The position numbers were made by a program, and so were the translations under genes. This document shows, piece after piece, positions 40,894-51,439 of a stretch of 64,000 nt of DNA (position 1 is the stretch's first letter; every line of letters begins with the position of its first letter). The notes below the pieces were generated by a model. That model had not been told where the DNA came from. It ran no database searches and saw only the letters and a program-made list of their open reading frames with translations. Source of the stretch: a virus (Duplodnaviria; Heunggongvirae; Uroviricota; Caudoviricetes); IMG/VR virus record IMGVR_UViG_3300030332_001481, positions 227,486 through 291,485 of that record; one strand, given 5' to 3'.

Positions 40894-41468
40894 GGCTTCA
40901 AGATAATCCCTTTGACTGCCTTCTCATTCTGAGCGGGCAGGGGTGTTATTTGGCGGTTATGGACCACTACCTACATAACTGCCAATACGGCGATATTACA
41001 GCTCCAACGGAGGACAGGTCTAACTCCAGCAACCCCGTAAAGTAGCCAAATGGGGAACGACGCTATGCGTCACTTCACTACCCAAGGACACGTAATGATG
41101 GCCAAGGAAACTAGGCAACTAGAATCCCTCATTGACGATATCGAGGATGTTTGGGATTCAATCTACCCGGGTGCACGGCTTGTCGTTTCATCACCCGATG
41201 GACACCATGTATCCCCAGCAGAAGACCTACAAACAGTACTTGCTACATTTAACAAGGAAGCAGAGGCAAGAGCGTACAGTGTTGCTTCTCAGCACGTTGA
41301 AAGATTGGCAGAGGAGCTGCGCTGTGTGCTAAAGGAGCGTGACGAGGCAATCACTGCCCTCAGAGAGATCAAGTTCGCATTGGAAGAGAAATCCCACTCT
41401 GAGGATGATGAGGCTAAACGCCTTCACACCATCCGGAAATGGGCTAACTACGTACTCGAAAGTGAATA

Positions 41469-41849
41469 ATGATTTCCTATCTCTCTTGGGTAGTGCTCTA
41501 CCAACATGAATCCGAAGATGAGTGGGTCGGCCACTGCGTAGATATGGACGTGGTCTCTACCGGTACCAGCCCCGAACAAGCGCTTGAAAGCGTCACTGAG
41601 GAGGTTCAGACTACGGTAGAGATGGATGTGAGCCTTGGATGCAACCCCCTCGTGCGAGGGAAGGCGCCCAATCTCATCCTGGATCTGCTGCGTACTGCTA
41701 TTGACGAAGGGGCCACGCTGTCGCATCCTCGCGAGCTACAGGAAGTGGACGTCTCCGGGGTGTACGCTTACCCCCTAGTGACGCGAGTGGCCGGAGGTGA
41801 GCCTCCACAGGGCTTCTGGATGGAAGAGATCTGGTTACCAGCTGAGTGA
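41469..41849 (+). CDS. HicB-like protein
   Basis: WVGHCVDMDVVSTGTSPEQALESVTE pattern. Confidence 0.6.
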   Translation: MISYLSWVVLYQHESEDEWVGHCVDMDVVSTGTSPEQALESVTEEVQTTVEMDVSLGCNPLVRGKAPNLILDLLRTAIDEGATLSHPRELQEVDVSGVYAYPLVTRVAGGEPPQGFWMEEIWLPAE

Positions 41850-42567
41850 GAAAAGGCAGTCTTATGCAGATCGACAAAGAGCGAGTTCTACTCATGCTGG
41901 GCGTGCTCCTTACGCTTAGCCCGTGTGCGTTCCTGCTTGGATTCATGGCCAGCATCATGTCCTGGGACATGTTTGAGTCCCTTGCTGGGTTCGTCGTGGC
42001 CTCAATTATCTTTGCCGCTGGGCTCCTGATCCTCTCACGGGCAGAGGAAAAGAAGCGTCAGCGGCAAATTGAGGACTACATCAAGCAGTATCTGGGCTAG
42101 TCAAACCGAACCACTATGGGGACCCCTAGAACTTCAAAGGGTCCCTCGTAGTGGTAGTTTCCACGCACCCCTACGACCACTGAGGTAGGTGACGACTCCA
42201 CGCTGGTGATGCACCAGTCGTAATCCTCGAACAGGCTCTTACGTAGGGCCAGCTCAGTGATCTTCCGCGCCGTCTCCAAGAGATCCTCGTCGAAGTCCGC
42301 CTCTCGCAGGACTTCATGACCCCACCTCTGCGCAATCTCTTCCTCGTAGAGCTGCGTGCTCTGCTTGATGGAGTCCAGCGCCGAGTAAATGGAGTCCTCC
42401 TGAGCCACGAAACCAAGGCCAGGCTTGAAGAAGCCCTCAACCTTGATAGTGTCGCCGTCCTTCGTGAGGATGAAGGCCCCAAGAGCAGAGTCGCCCTCCA
42501 GCTTCTCCTGGAAATCCTGGCAGTACCAGGTGCTGAGATCGTCGTCTAGGTCGGGCATTCAAATCAC

Positions 42568-43281
42568 CTACAATCCAAGAACTTTCCTACAGTGCGCCAG
42601 GGAGTCGGCAGAGATATCAGAACCCCAGAACTTGCGGCCGGTATTACGGCACGCCAGAGCGATGTTACCGCTACCTACGAATGGATCGATGACCAAATCG
42701 CCCTCTGAGGTGGAGTTGGTCACCAGAGTCTCAAGGAGCGGCACGGGCTTTTCAGTTGGGTAGGAGCCCTTCTTGCGCGACTCAGACTTGAAGCTCAGCA
42801 CGTCAGGGATGCCCTTGTTGTGCAACTGCCTGGCCCCTGGGGTCCGTGAGGATGCCGTGGGATCGAAGGGCTTGGTTCCCTTCTCCAGGAAGAGAATGAA
42901 CTCGTACTGCGCCCTGTAGTGGTAGCCCATGCCCATGACTACACGGTCCCACACGAGGCGCTTCCATACACGGAATCCTGCCTCGATACACATCGGCTTG
43001 AGAATGTCAGATGTCTCGTCGTCGCAGAACACAAAGGCATGTGTGTTGGGCTTCTGAACCCTGTAGAGTTGTTCGCACAACACAGGAAGAACGCTGTTCT
43101 CGATCACAGGGAACCATCTCTTCTTGAGTCGCGTGGTTGTACCCACGCTTCGATGCTTCTCCAGAGACTCATAAGGAGGGTCTGTGACAGTGAGGTCTAC
43201 CGATTCATTCTCAAGGTTTAGAAGGAAGGACAGGTAATCTAGCTGCGCGACCTTGATGTTATCCTCATAAATGAGGGTCAT
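42568..43281 (-). CDS. N4/N6 DNA methyltransferase (beta class)
   Basis: TDPPY catalytic motif, YPTEKP, DPFVGSG SAM-binding motif. Confidence 0.93.
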   Translation of the reverse strand: MTLIYEDNIKVAQLDYLSFLLNLENESVDLTVTDPPYESLEKHRSVGTTTRLKKRWFPVIENSVLPVLCEQLYRVQKPNTHAFVFCDDETSDILKPMCIEAGFRVWKRLVWDRVVMGMGYHYRAQYEFILFLEKGTKPFDPTASSRTPGARQLHNKGIPDVLSFKSESRKKGSYPTEKPVPLLETLVTNSTSEGDLVIDPFVGSGNIALACRNTGRKFWGSDISADSLAHCRKVLGL

Positions 43282-45104
43282 AGAGCCTCTGCTACCTCGA
43301 CAGGTGCAGCCTGGGTCTGCGGCCCACGCCACTCCCCATCCTCAGAGATGAAGATCAGGGAACGCTTGCCGTTTGCGTAGATTACGCAGTGAGTATGCGT
43401 CCACGAGCTGGGTCCACGGTTGTATCCCTGGTCCAGCTTGCCACTGACGCCCACCTGGTAGCACCCCTCCAGGATGGCCGCGGTGTGGCTGTGCCCGATG
43501 ACTGTCTTGGCGCCGAGCTTGGAGTAGCTCAGCAAGCTAGCGCGAGCACCGTTCAGGCCCAGGTCTCCATGGAAGCCACACTCGATATCGGCGATCAAGT
43601 GACTCTGGTCCCTGCCTACGAAGTGTGCGCGGCCCTTGCCCCACTTTTCATAGCAGTGCTCGAACGCCGGTAGCCACTCCTGGTGCTCTTCGAAGTGCTC
43701 CAGGATACTCGCACGCATGGTGTGGAAGAACCGCGCGTTGAGCGGGTCCTTGTTGGCGTCTGCGTTTCGCAGCCATCTGTCGAACGCCTCATCGTGGTTA
43801 GACCCAATGACGACAGGGAGACAGAAGTCAGGGGTCATCTCGTCGACGAACGCAATCGCCTCCTTAACCTCATCCTCTACACAGTCCGGCTCGTCACCAA
43901 AGATGCGCTCGAAACGACGGTCTGGATCGTCAATGGAGTGATGGTTCCTGGCGCGAAAGTCTAGGAGGTCGTGGTAGAGAATCTGGGACGGCTTGAGGGC
44001 GTGGACCATGGCGTCTGCGCCCGTGTAGGTCGCCTCGACCACCTTGGGCTCTACCGCGGCCACGTGGGTGTCCCCAGTGACCAGGGCCAGGGGCCGCTCG
44101 GCCTCGAACACACCAGCAGGCGTGAACATCTCGGTTAGATCGGTGAAGACCCCGTCGTCATCTGCATTGATCTGACGAAGGTGCCAGGTGTCGCCCACTA
44201 CCTCCACGAGAGCAGCACCGAAGACGTGGTGCTGGAGTGCCTTCTTGCCTGCCTTGGTTCGCGTGTAGTTGGGGTAGGTGATGGCACCGGTCGAGACAAG
44301 AATCTTCGGCTTGCCGCGAACACTTGATGGGATCGGGCGAAGCTGAATTTTCGGGTGACCAAAGATGGAGGAGCAGGGGGACGCTTCCCACCCTGTAAGG
44401 GGCCGGACCGCAGTAGGCTGGATGGAGACGTCAGCGTAAACGATGAGGTCCTTGGCCAGCTCCGGCCGATCATCGCGGATGTACGGGTCGAGGCGTAGAT
44501 CCCACCAATCATCCTCCTGGTCCTTCTGGGACCAGATAGAGGTGGGGTTCCGGTATCTACCGGGGACGACTACGAGCTTGGCGTCTCGGTGCTCACAGAA
44601 GTGAAGCAGGCTAGCCAAGAAATTGTCGTGGACAGGAGTGGCGTTCTGAGCCCACGTAATCACGAAGCACTGAGGCTTCCCGTAGGAGGTCCTATCAACC
44701 AGGGTGTCTTCGCCGTCATCCCAGATGAGATCGTCCATGGTCGCTTCACGCACCCGCCGGTTGTGCGTAGGCTCCTCTGGCTCCTCTACCTTCTTCGTGT
44801 TCTTGCTCTTGTGGGACTTTTGAGCCTCGGCTGCAGCCTTATTCTTGGCTGCCAGTCGAGCCTTCTGTGCTCTACGAGAGACCATTTCGTCAGGGCGCTC
44901 TCCCTCTGCTAGCCCCTGTAGCCAGGTCCAGCCGCCGAGCTGCTTGATCTGATGATCAGTGAGCTTCGTGGGAGAGTCTTGGAGCTTCTGCCATCTCCGG
45001 AACTCCCTGCGGGGCAGGCTCTTCGGGGTGAAGCCCTTCACCTCGGCGCACTTTTTGATGAGTACTAGGGCCTTCTCTAAAGTCTGATCTTGAGACATAC
45101 ACAC
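43278..45104 (-). CDS. T5 A1-like protein (metallophosphoesterase-fold nuclease)
   Basis: AQNATPVH.NFL.SL, KAG.KA..HH.FGA, GDTH, RNHH, SNHD, HGD.G.NG.R, GHSH, LD.GYN.GPSSW..TH...YANG.R; recalled match to phage T5 A1. Confidence 0.85.
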   Translation of the reverse strand: MCMSQDQTLEKALVLIKKCAEVKGFTPKSLPRREFRRWQKLQDSPTKLTDHQIKQLGGWTWLQGLAEGERPDEMVSRRAQKARLAAKNKAAAEAQKSHKSKNTKKVEEPEEPTHNRRVREATMDDLIWDDGEDTLVDRTSYGKPQCFVITWAQNATPVHDNFLASLLHFCEHRDAKLVVVPGRYRNPTSIWSQKDQEDDWWDLRLDPYIRDDRPELAKDLIVYADVSIQPTAVRPLTGWEASPCSSIFGHPKIQLRPIPSSVRGKPKILVSTGAITYPNYTRTKAGKKALQHHVFGAALVEVVGDTWHLRQINADDDGVFTDLTEMFTPAGVFEAERPLALVTGDTHVAAVEPKVVEATYTGADAMVHALKPSQILYHDLLDFRARNHHSIDDPDRRFERIFGDEPDCVEDEVKEAIAFVDEMTPDFCLPVVIGSNHDEAFDRWLRNADANKDPLNARFFHTMRASILEHFEEHQEWLPAFEHCYEKWGKGRAHFVGRDQSHLIADIECGFHGDLGLNGARASLLSYSKLGAKTVIGHSHTAAILEGCYQVGVSGKLDQGYNRGPSSWTHTHCVIYANGKRSLIFISEDGEWRGPQTQAAPVEVAEAL

Positions 45105-45199
45105 TCGCTGATTAATGACTATGTGTCCGGCGAAGCCGGTTCTACCTTATTCGGTAGGTAACATACGCAGCAGCAGTTTTACAGCGAAGAAGAACGTCC

Positions 45200-46681
45200 C
45201 TACCCGAACATCTCCGAGAACTGTCCCGGCATCCCCGCCTCAGCTTCCTCGTCATCTTCATTCGCAAGCTTCTTGAGCATGTCTACGATGGCCTTGGAGC
45301 GGTTGTTCAAGATGTGCTGTGCCTTCATGACGAGGGCCGGTCCCTTTTCCGACGATGCGTAGGCCTCAGGGTCGCCCAGTACATACTGAACAAGGGCGAG
45401 GGAGACTGTGCCTCTAACGAACGCGCGGTACGCGGAATACAGGATCTTGCGCTTCTTGGTGGTAAGGTGTGAGGCCACATCTACCTGGTCGCTGAGGTCC
45501 ATGACCTTTTCGGAGTAACCCTTCTCCGTGATGAGTCGAGGATCAGCAAGCTTGTCGTGAAGCACGTCGATCACATGTTCTGTGAACAGCTGCCGCAGAT
45601 CTTCAATCTGCGACATGGCATCCTCGTCATCAGAATCTAGCTTCTCGTCCAGGAAGACCTCGTTGGCGGTCTCCAAGAGCGCCGCCTGGATCTCCTTGAG
45701 ACGCTCATGCATACCAGACTGGATGTCATTGAGTTCTTTCTTGACCGCGGCCAAGTCCTGAGTCTTGGAGGGGGCCTGCTTGACTGGGACCTTATCCTCG
45801 ATGTCCTCTAGATCAGGAGCTTCCTGACTGGAGGGCTCCCGTGCCTCATCAACCCGTGGGGGTTCAGGGTTGGGGAAAGGCTTGTTCGGGGCCGAGGGCT
45901 TCTCCACGCGAGGAGGCTCGGGATTAGAGAAGGGCTCCGCTGGCTCCTCTTCCATGGGAGGGGGTTCAAGTACTTCTTCGGTATCTACCTTCTCCACCAC
46001 CTGAACCTGATCAAGGTTGGACTGGAAGTTCTTGGTAGAGTGTGAGAGCGACCCCATGAAGCGCTTCAGATCGGAGAGTGACGTAGAGTCTCCCGCTACC
46101 AGGCGGCTCAAGAAGTTCTTACTCTGGAGAGGGCCTGCGTGAAGAGCCATGCGAAGGAAGTGCTTCATCGCTCCGTAGAGCTTGACGATGCGGTCGTCCT
46201 TCTGGAAGACCTTCAGAAGTGCGGGGTATAGCTTCTGCGCGGAGGTGTCGATGCGCTGTAAAGCGTTGGTGTCGACACCTCCGTCGGCAGTGAGTGCATC
46301 TTGGATCTGCTCTTCCAGTACCCCAACGACCTTGGTCGTCTTGAGAGTACTAAGTGCGTCCAGCTTGGTTAGCAAGGCCTTCTGTGCCTTGAGAAGGAGG
46401 CTCTTACTCTCCTTGGAGATGTTGTCGGCCACTGCAGGAGTGATGTATGACCGTGGCGGTGATTTCTTCGAGGGAATCTCAGGACGCGTGGGCCTGCCAT
46501 CGGGCACAGTCCGCCTGTCCGGAATGGTGGCGCGACCTGCATCTGCGGGATCCTGAGCGTCCGGCCGAGGCAGCTCATCTTGGCGCATGACCTTGGTACC
46601 CTCAGCACATCGCCGAAGCCTACCTAAAATCTCCGCCTTTCGAGCCACACGCTCGATTCTTTCTTGAAGATCGTATCGCAC
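45200..46681 (-). CDS. Hypothetical protein with Pro/Glu-rich linker
   Basis: 493 aa ORF; F(S/P)NPEPPRV duplicated. Confidence 0.75.
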   Translation of the reverse strand: MRYDLQERIERVARKAEILGRLRRCAEGTKVMRQDELPRPDAQDPADAGRATIPDRRTVPDGRPTRPEIPSKKSPPRSYITPAVADNISKESKSLLLKAQKALLTKLDALSTLKTTKVVGVLEEQIQDALTADGGVDTNALQRIDTSAQKLYPALLKVFQKDDRIVKLYGAMKHFLRMALHAGPLQSKNFLSRLVAGDSTSLSDLKRFMGSLSHSTKNFQSNLDQVQVVEKVDTEEVLEPPPMEEEPAEPFSNPEPPRVEKPSAPNKPFPNPEPPRVDEAREPSSQEAPDLEDIEDKVPVKQAPSKTQDLAAVKKELNDIQSGMHERLKEIQAALLETANEVFLDEKLDSDDEDAMSQIEDLRQLFTEHVIDVLHDKLADPRLITEKGYSEKVMDLSDQVDVASHLTTKKRKILYSAYRAFVRGTVSLALVQYVLGDPEAYASSEKGPALVMKAQHILNNRSKAIVDMLKKLANEDDEEAEAGMPGQFSEMFG

Positions 46682-47158
46682 ATGACCAAACTAACCAGTT
46701 TTTCCGAATTGTTCGAGACCGTAGAAACTGTTGGGTTTTCGGGTACTCGCAGGGGTCTCACAATCAAGCAGGCAGCCGCTCTACGGGAGGCGCTTGAAAG
46801 TATTTCCCCCACAACCTTTCAACACGGAGACTGTGTAGGGGCAGACTCCAAGGCACACGGCATCGCCCAGAGCTTGGGAATCTCCATCGAGACCAGGCCA
46901 TGCAACCTTGAGAGGCTCCGCGCCTACTGTGAGGCAGCTGCCACACATCCAGAAGAGCCTCCCCTGGACCGGAACAAGAAGATCGTGCGCAGCAGCGACC
47001 TCATGCTGATCTGCCCTGCAGAGCTGCAGGAACAGTCTCGTGGTGGGACGTGGTCTACCTTCCGCTACGCGGTGACCCAGAATGTCCCCACCATAGTCAT
47101 TTTTCGTAACGGTTCCATCGACAGTTACGGCACCGATGCCACTAATAGTGTAAAGTAG
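46682..47158 (+). CDS. SLOG (DprA/YspA-like) Rossmann protein
   Basis: VGFSGTR, HGDCVGAD, RN..IV..SD, GGTWST motifs. Confidence 0.75.
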   Translation: MTKLTSFSELFETVETVGFSGTRRGLTIKQAAALREALESISPTTFQHGDCVGADSKAHGIAQSLGISIETRPCNLERLRAYCEAAATHPEEPPLDRNKKIVRSSDLMLICPAELQEQSRGGTWSTFRYAVTQNVPTIVIFRNGSIDSYGTDATNSVK

Positions 47159-47516
47159 CCTAGCAGTAAGCCCATACAGGAAATGGCAGAAATATCAATG
47201 AGAGACTTCAAGAGTAGTATTAAGAACGCCAGTCGCCGTATCACGTTCCTCCGGGAGAAGTCCCACCAGAACTCGTTTGACAAGGCAGAGATCTCTGCCC
47301 TGGAGACTCTGGTCCGAGTTGCCAACGTCTATAACGACGCGCGAGGAGGCGGAGGACCTCATCTAGAGAACATTCTCTACATGGTGCGCGACGTACTGGA
47401 AGAGACCATCGAGGATTTCAGCGAGGACATCGACGCGATCCAGGTCGAGCGCCTCCAGGATGCCCGGAAGAAGTGTACCGAGGGAATCCGCATCATCCGC
47501 AACCTGGGGAAAGAAG

Positions 47517-48371
47517 ATGAATGAGCTTACCGACCGCTACGTAGTGTTCGACTTCCAGAACACGCTCTGGAGGAGCTACATGGCTCGCCCGAGGAACGAA
47601 GAGGATATGCAGACCTCTACGGGGTACCCCTCTGGGCATGTCTACCGCTTCTTCCGGTCGGTCCACAAGTGGAAGAGCCAGTTTGGTGGCCACCCGGTTT
47701 TCATCTACGAGGGAGGTGAGAAGTATCGCTACGAGCTATTTCCCGAGTACAAGGCGGGGCGTGACCGTAACCGCGAGTTCGACCCAAAGCCTGACGTGGT
47801 CAAGATGCTCAAGCACATCAAGTGCACTGAGATCATCCCTGTAGATTCTGAGGCCGATGATGGGATTGCTGCGTGGGTACACAAGTACCCGACAGCCCGG
47901 CACCTCATTGTCTCGTCGGACAAGGACCTCTGGCAGCTGCGCTGTCCCAACGTGCAGATTGTGTTCTTCCAGTCAGTGATCTCTGACCAGGAGATCGAAG
48001 AGAAGTGTAAGAAGCACTATGGCACCCCCAAGCCGGCGTCTATCGTCCTGGCCAAGGCCCTCTACGGCGACAAGAGCGATGGACTGCCATCGGTCCCTCG
48101 CCTGTTCAAGAAGCACGTCAGCCCTCTTCTTGAGCGTGTCCGCCTGGTGGATGACTTCTTCGCGGAGATTGATTCTCTGCCCACGAAGACAGCCCAGAAG
48201 CTGCGAGACCACGAGGAGCAAGTTCGCAAGGTGTACGAGGCTGTACAGCTTCGGGCGCACTGCAAGTTAAGGCGCCGCGAGCGCGAAGGAAACGCGGAGA
48301 AGCTTACGCAGTTCCTTGAGAAGTTCGAGTGTGAAACACTTCTACCGCTAGTCGATGCGATGGTTAGCTGA
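47517..48371 (+). CDS. 5'-3' exonuclease / flap endonuclease
   Basis: FDFQN, R..LFPEYKAGR, EADD, SSDKDLWQL, AL.GDKSD.LP motifs. Confidence 0.93.
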   Translation: MNELTDRYVVFDFQNTLWRSYMARPRNEEDMQTSTGYPSGHVYRFFRSVHKWKSQFGGHPVFIYEGGEKYRYELFPEYKAGRDRNREFDPKPDVVKMLKHIKCTEIIPVDSEADDGIAAWVHKYPTARHLIVSSDKDLWQLRCPNVQIVFFQSVISDQEIEEKCKKHYGTPKPASIVLAKALYGDKSDGLPSVPRLFKKHVSPLLERVRLVDDFFAEIDSLPTKTAQKLRDHEEQVRKVYEAVQLRAHCKLRRREREGNAEKLTQFLEKFECETLLPLVDAMVS

Positions 48372-48378
48372 GGTAACT

Positions 48379-48708
48379 ATGGAAGACGAAAAGACTGATT
48401 TCGAGGCTCTGGTAGACCTTGTCACGCACATGTGTGAGGAGCTGGTCGACGACCCGAGCGAGCTACGGATTAATCATGCGTACATCGGCACTACGGGGTG
48501 TATCGAGATCCGCGGCCCGTCCGATGACATCGGGAAGATCATGGGTCAGAAGAAGGCCACGATTGCCGTGATCACCTCGATCGCCACAGCGGTGGCGTCC
48601 AAGTACCGCTACCGCATCTTCATCAACGTACTGAACGACCAGGAGTACGAAGAGATGTGCAGTTACCACGACGACGTAGGCGAGGGTAGCCTCGTGGAGG
48701 TGAAGTAA
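48379..48708 (+). CDS. KhpA-like KH-domain RNA-binding protein
   Basis: LVDDP...DDIGKIMGQKKATI (variant GxxG loop). Confidence 0.8.
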   Translation: MEDEKTDFEALVDLVTHMCEELVDDPSELRINHAYIGTTGCIEIRGPSDDIGKIMGQKKATIAVITSIATAVASKYRYRIFINVLNDQEYEEMCSYHDDVGEGSLVEVK

Positions 48709-49727
48709 TGGAGAAGCTTGAGAACATTGGCGAGACTAATGGTGACTCGTACCTGTACTACATGCTGGGTGTCATTTGTGCCCGCATGGAAGTGGGCGGA
48801 AGCCAGCTCCGGCTCCCTCCTACTGGGGTCAATTACTTCTCTGGTGCGGGCCTCTCACGCCTGGTTCAGTTGGGCCTCACGTGCGAGGAAGGTAAGGTAT
48901 TCGGCACGCTGGATGAGAAGAAGTTCGTCTTCAAGTCGCTGGGGCTGTCCAGCAAGGCCAAGACCCTGAAGCCCGACATGGAGGCCATGGGTGATAATGG
49001 AAAGTACTTCCTGCGAGCGCTCGTTGAATGTGCGCAGAAAACTGAACTGTGGGAGCACAGCCCTCGTTACACTGCCGGGTACTCGGATGGGCCAAAAGCC
49101 CCTCAACTGACTATGTCTTCAGTGGGGACAGAACTATTGGTCTCAATTACTTCAGACATGGGGTTTAGGCCGTACGTGTTGGACGAGGCGGAGATGTTGA
49201 AGTTTTCTGGCACTGACTGTATTGACCTCCTTGGTCATATCTACAGCGGGGAGTATGGCCCGTGCAGCCCAACCCTTCGTTCGCAGGCAGAGAAGTTTCT
49301 CTACGCAGGAAATCAAGCCACATTCAAGCTTTTCCGGGACGGGGCGGTTCTCCCCTCCAAGGCAAACGCCAGCGACTCTGGGTTTGATGTGACCCTCATC
49401 GGGGTCGAGAAGGAGTACGGGGACGTTACTCTCTATCGAACAGGTCTCAGAGTAAAGCCGCCAGAAGGGTACTACTTCGACATGGTGCCTCGCTCGTCCC
49501 TGCACAAGAAGGGACACACGTTGGCCAACGTGGTGGGTGTCATCGATCAGAGCTACCGGGGAGAGATCCTGGTGGCACTGAAGCGGTGGGAGGGGTTTGA
49601 GCCCCTCGAACTTCCTATGCGAGCAGTGCAGCTCATCCCGCGTCAGGTGCACCCCATGCGTGCAGTCAAAGGAGACGCGGGTGCCTCTGCGCGTGGCGAA
49701 GGTGGATTCGGCTCCACGGGAGAGTAA
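48708..49727 (+). CDS. dut: dUTPase with an N-terminal extra domain
   Basis: SDSGFD, PRSS, GVIDQSYRGEI, RGEGGFGSTG; about 200 aa N-terminal extension. Confidence 0.9.
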   Translation: MEKLENIGETNGDSYLYYMLGVICARMEVGGSQLRLPPTGVNYFSGAGLSRLVQLGLTCEEGKVFGTLDEKKFVFKSLGLSSKAKTLKPDMEAMGDNGKYFLRALVECAQKTELWEHSPRYTAGYSDGPKAPQLTMSSVGTELLVSITSDMGFRPYVLDEAEMLKFSGTDCIDLLGHIYSGEYGPCSPTLRSQAEKFLYAGNQATFKLFRDGAVLPSKANASDSGFDVTLIGVEKEYGDVTLYRTGLRVKPPEGYYFDMVPRSSLHKKGHTLANVVGVIDQSYRGEILVALKRWEGFEPLELPMRAVQLIPRQVHPMRAVKGDAGASARGEGGFGSTGE

Positions 49728-51439
49728 TGGGAAAGAAAAAGAGCAAGAAGCCCCTTGCTGTACTCAATAATGTCTTGTGGGTACCTACTGACTACGTCAC
49801 GGATGAACACCGCGACGCCTTCACCCACATAATTCCTTATACTGAGTATGTGCAGGAGCGCAACAAGCCTCGGCAGTGTCGCAACTGTGACCTGTGGGGC
49901 AAGCGCTGGCGTAACAATGGGCAGCACACCTGCAAGGACAAGGGGTACAGCCTAGACGACGTCTGCCGTCAGTTCTCCTACAAGGAGGTCAAGGTAGAAC
50001 AAGAGATCGAAATCCAGACCTACGCCAAGGTCAACGATGACTGGACGAAGTTCGCGCGGGGAGACTTAGGCAAGATCAAGTCACTGTTCGGCTCGGACTT
50101 CCGCTTCCGTGACGAGCGATCAGCCCCTGAGCTGGGCTTTGATCTGGAGTGTACCAAGACGCTGTACCCCGAGCAGCAGGAGGTGGTCAACAGTTGGCTG
50201 AAGCACAAGTACGGCATCATCCAGGCCCCAACTGCTTTTGGTAAAACGGTCATGTGGGCGTGGTTGGTGGCTCACCTGAAGGTGAAGACCCTACTGCTCG
50301 CTCATGAAGTCCGCCACTTGCGTGTAGGGTTCGAAGGCATCTACGACCACACCAACCTCTCCGAGATCGAGGAGGCGATGGGCGGGGTGCACCTCGCCGG
50401 GGTCATGGGGAAGGACTGGTACTGGGCCACGGACCAGAAGGGCAACAAGACCCGCAAGTTCAAGGCAAAGAAGGGCGCCACCTACCCCATCATGTTCACC
50501 ACGTTCCAGGCTCTTGCGTCGGAGAAGGGTAAGAAGATCCGGCAGGAGCTGAAGGACGAATACGGGTTTGTTCACTGCGAAGAAGCGCACCACGAATCTG
50601 CCGAAACCTTCAACGCGGCCACAAGGTCTTTTAACCCCAAGTACAGATCTGGCCAGACTGCGACCCCCACACGCAAAGACATGACGCATGTGGTGATCTA
50701 CGATACCCTGGGTCCTGTCACGGCTCGTGGCTTCAAGGAGGCTATGACCCCTGAGGTCTACTTCTACGACACACAGATCTATGTGCCGGCCTCCGTGTTC
50801 CGTGGCAAGTACGGGTACACCAAGCTGGTGTCCTGGCTGGCGTCTAACAAGGCCTACACTGACTTCGTGTACGAGAAGATATCTGAGGAGATTGAAGAGG
50901 GTCGAAAGCCTCTCTTGATCTCAGAGCGTAAGAACCATGTCGCAAGGATGGCGCAGCGTCTCAGTCAGGATGGCTACTCGTACGAGCTGATCGTGGGTGG
51001 AAAAGAGATGGGAGACCAGACGGTCCTTTCTCAGCGTCTCATGTCGGGTGAGCTGCAGTGCATCATTGGCACGAAGGTCATGAACGAGAACGTCAACATC
51101 CCTCCGCTCGACTCCATCCACTTGCCATTCCCGAACTTCGGGAAGGAAGTGGAGGAGCAGCGCGTGGGTCGAATCAGGCGTTACCTCTCCAAGAGCCACT
51201 ACAGGTGGATGGAGGAGAATGGAGTAGACTGGGACAAGCCCGACCCCCGAGTCCACGTCTACCACTGGCAGACTGACAACGACTTTTCCATGAAGGCGCT
51301 CCGTTTCCGGAAGTCGCTGTACAAGAGCTGGGAGTTCGTGTTCCAGACCAACCCCGAAGAGATCCTGGATCACAAGGTGCGTGAAACCCTAGGTAGTCTA
51401 CTAGACGACGAAGAACTGGATTTGGACGATGACGACTAA
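49727..51439 (+). CDS. SF2 helicase (UvsW/XPB-like)
   Basis: APTAFGKT, EEAH (DEAH variant), TATP.R.D, QRVGRIRR. Confidence 0.9.
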   Translation: MGKKKSKKPLAVLNNVLWVPTDYVTDEHRDAFTHIIPYTEYVQERNKPRQCRNCDLWGKRWRNNGQHTCKDKGYSLDDVCRQFSYKEVKVEQEIEIQTYAKVNDDWTKFARGDLGKIKSLFGSDFRFRDERSAPELGFDLECTKTLYPEQQEVVNSWLKHKYGIIQAPTAFGKTVMWAWLVAHLKVKTLLLAHEVRHLRVGFEGIYDHTNLSEIEEAMGGVHLAGVMGKDWYWATDQKGNKTRKFKAKKGATYPIMFTTFQALASEKGKKIRQELKDEYGFVHCEEAHHESAETFNAATRSFNPKYRSGQTATPTRKDMTHVVIYDTLGPVTARGFKEAMTPEVYFYDTQIYVPASVFRGKYGYTKLVSWLASNKAYTDFVYEKISEEIEEGRKPLLISERKNHVARMAQRLSQDGYSYELIVGGKEMGDQTVLSQRLMSGELQCIIGTKVMNENVNIPPLDSIHLPFPNFGKEVEEQRVGRIRRYLSKSHYRWMEENGVDWDKPDPRVHVYHWQTDNDFSMKALRFRKSLYKSWEFVFQTNPEEILDHKVRETLGSLLDDEELDLDDDD

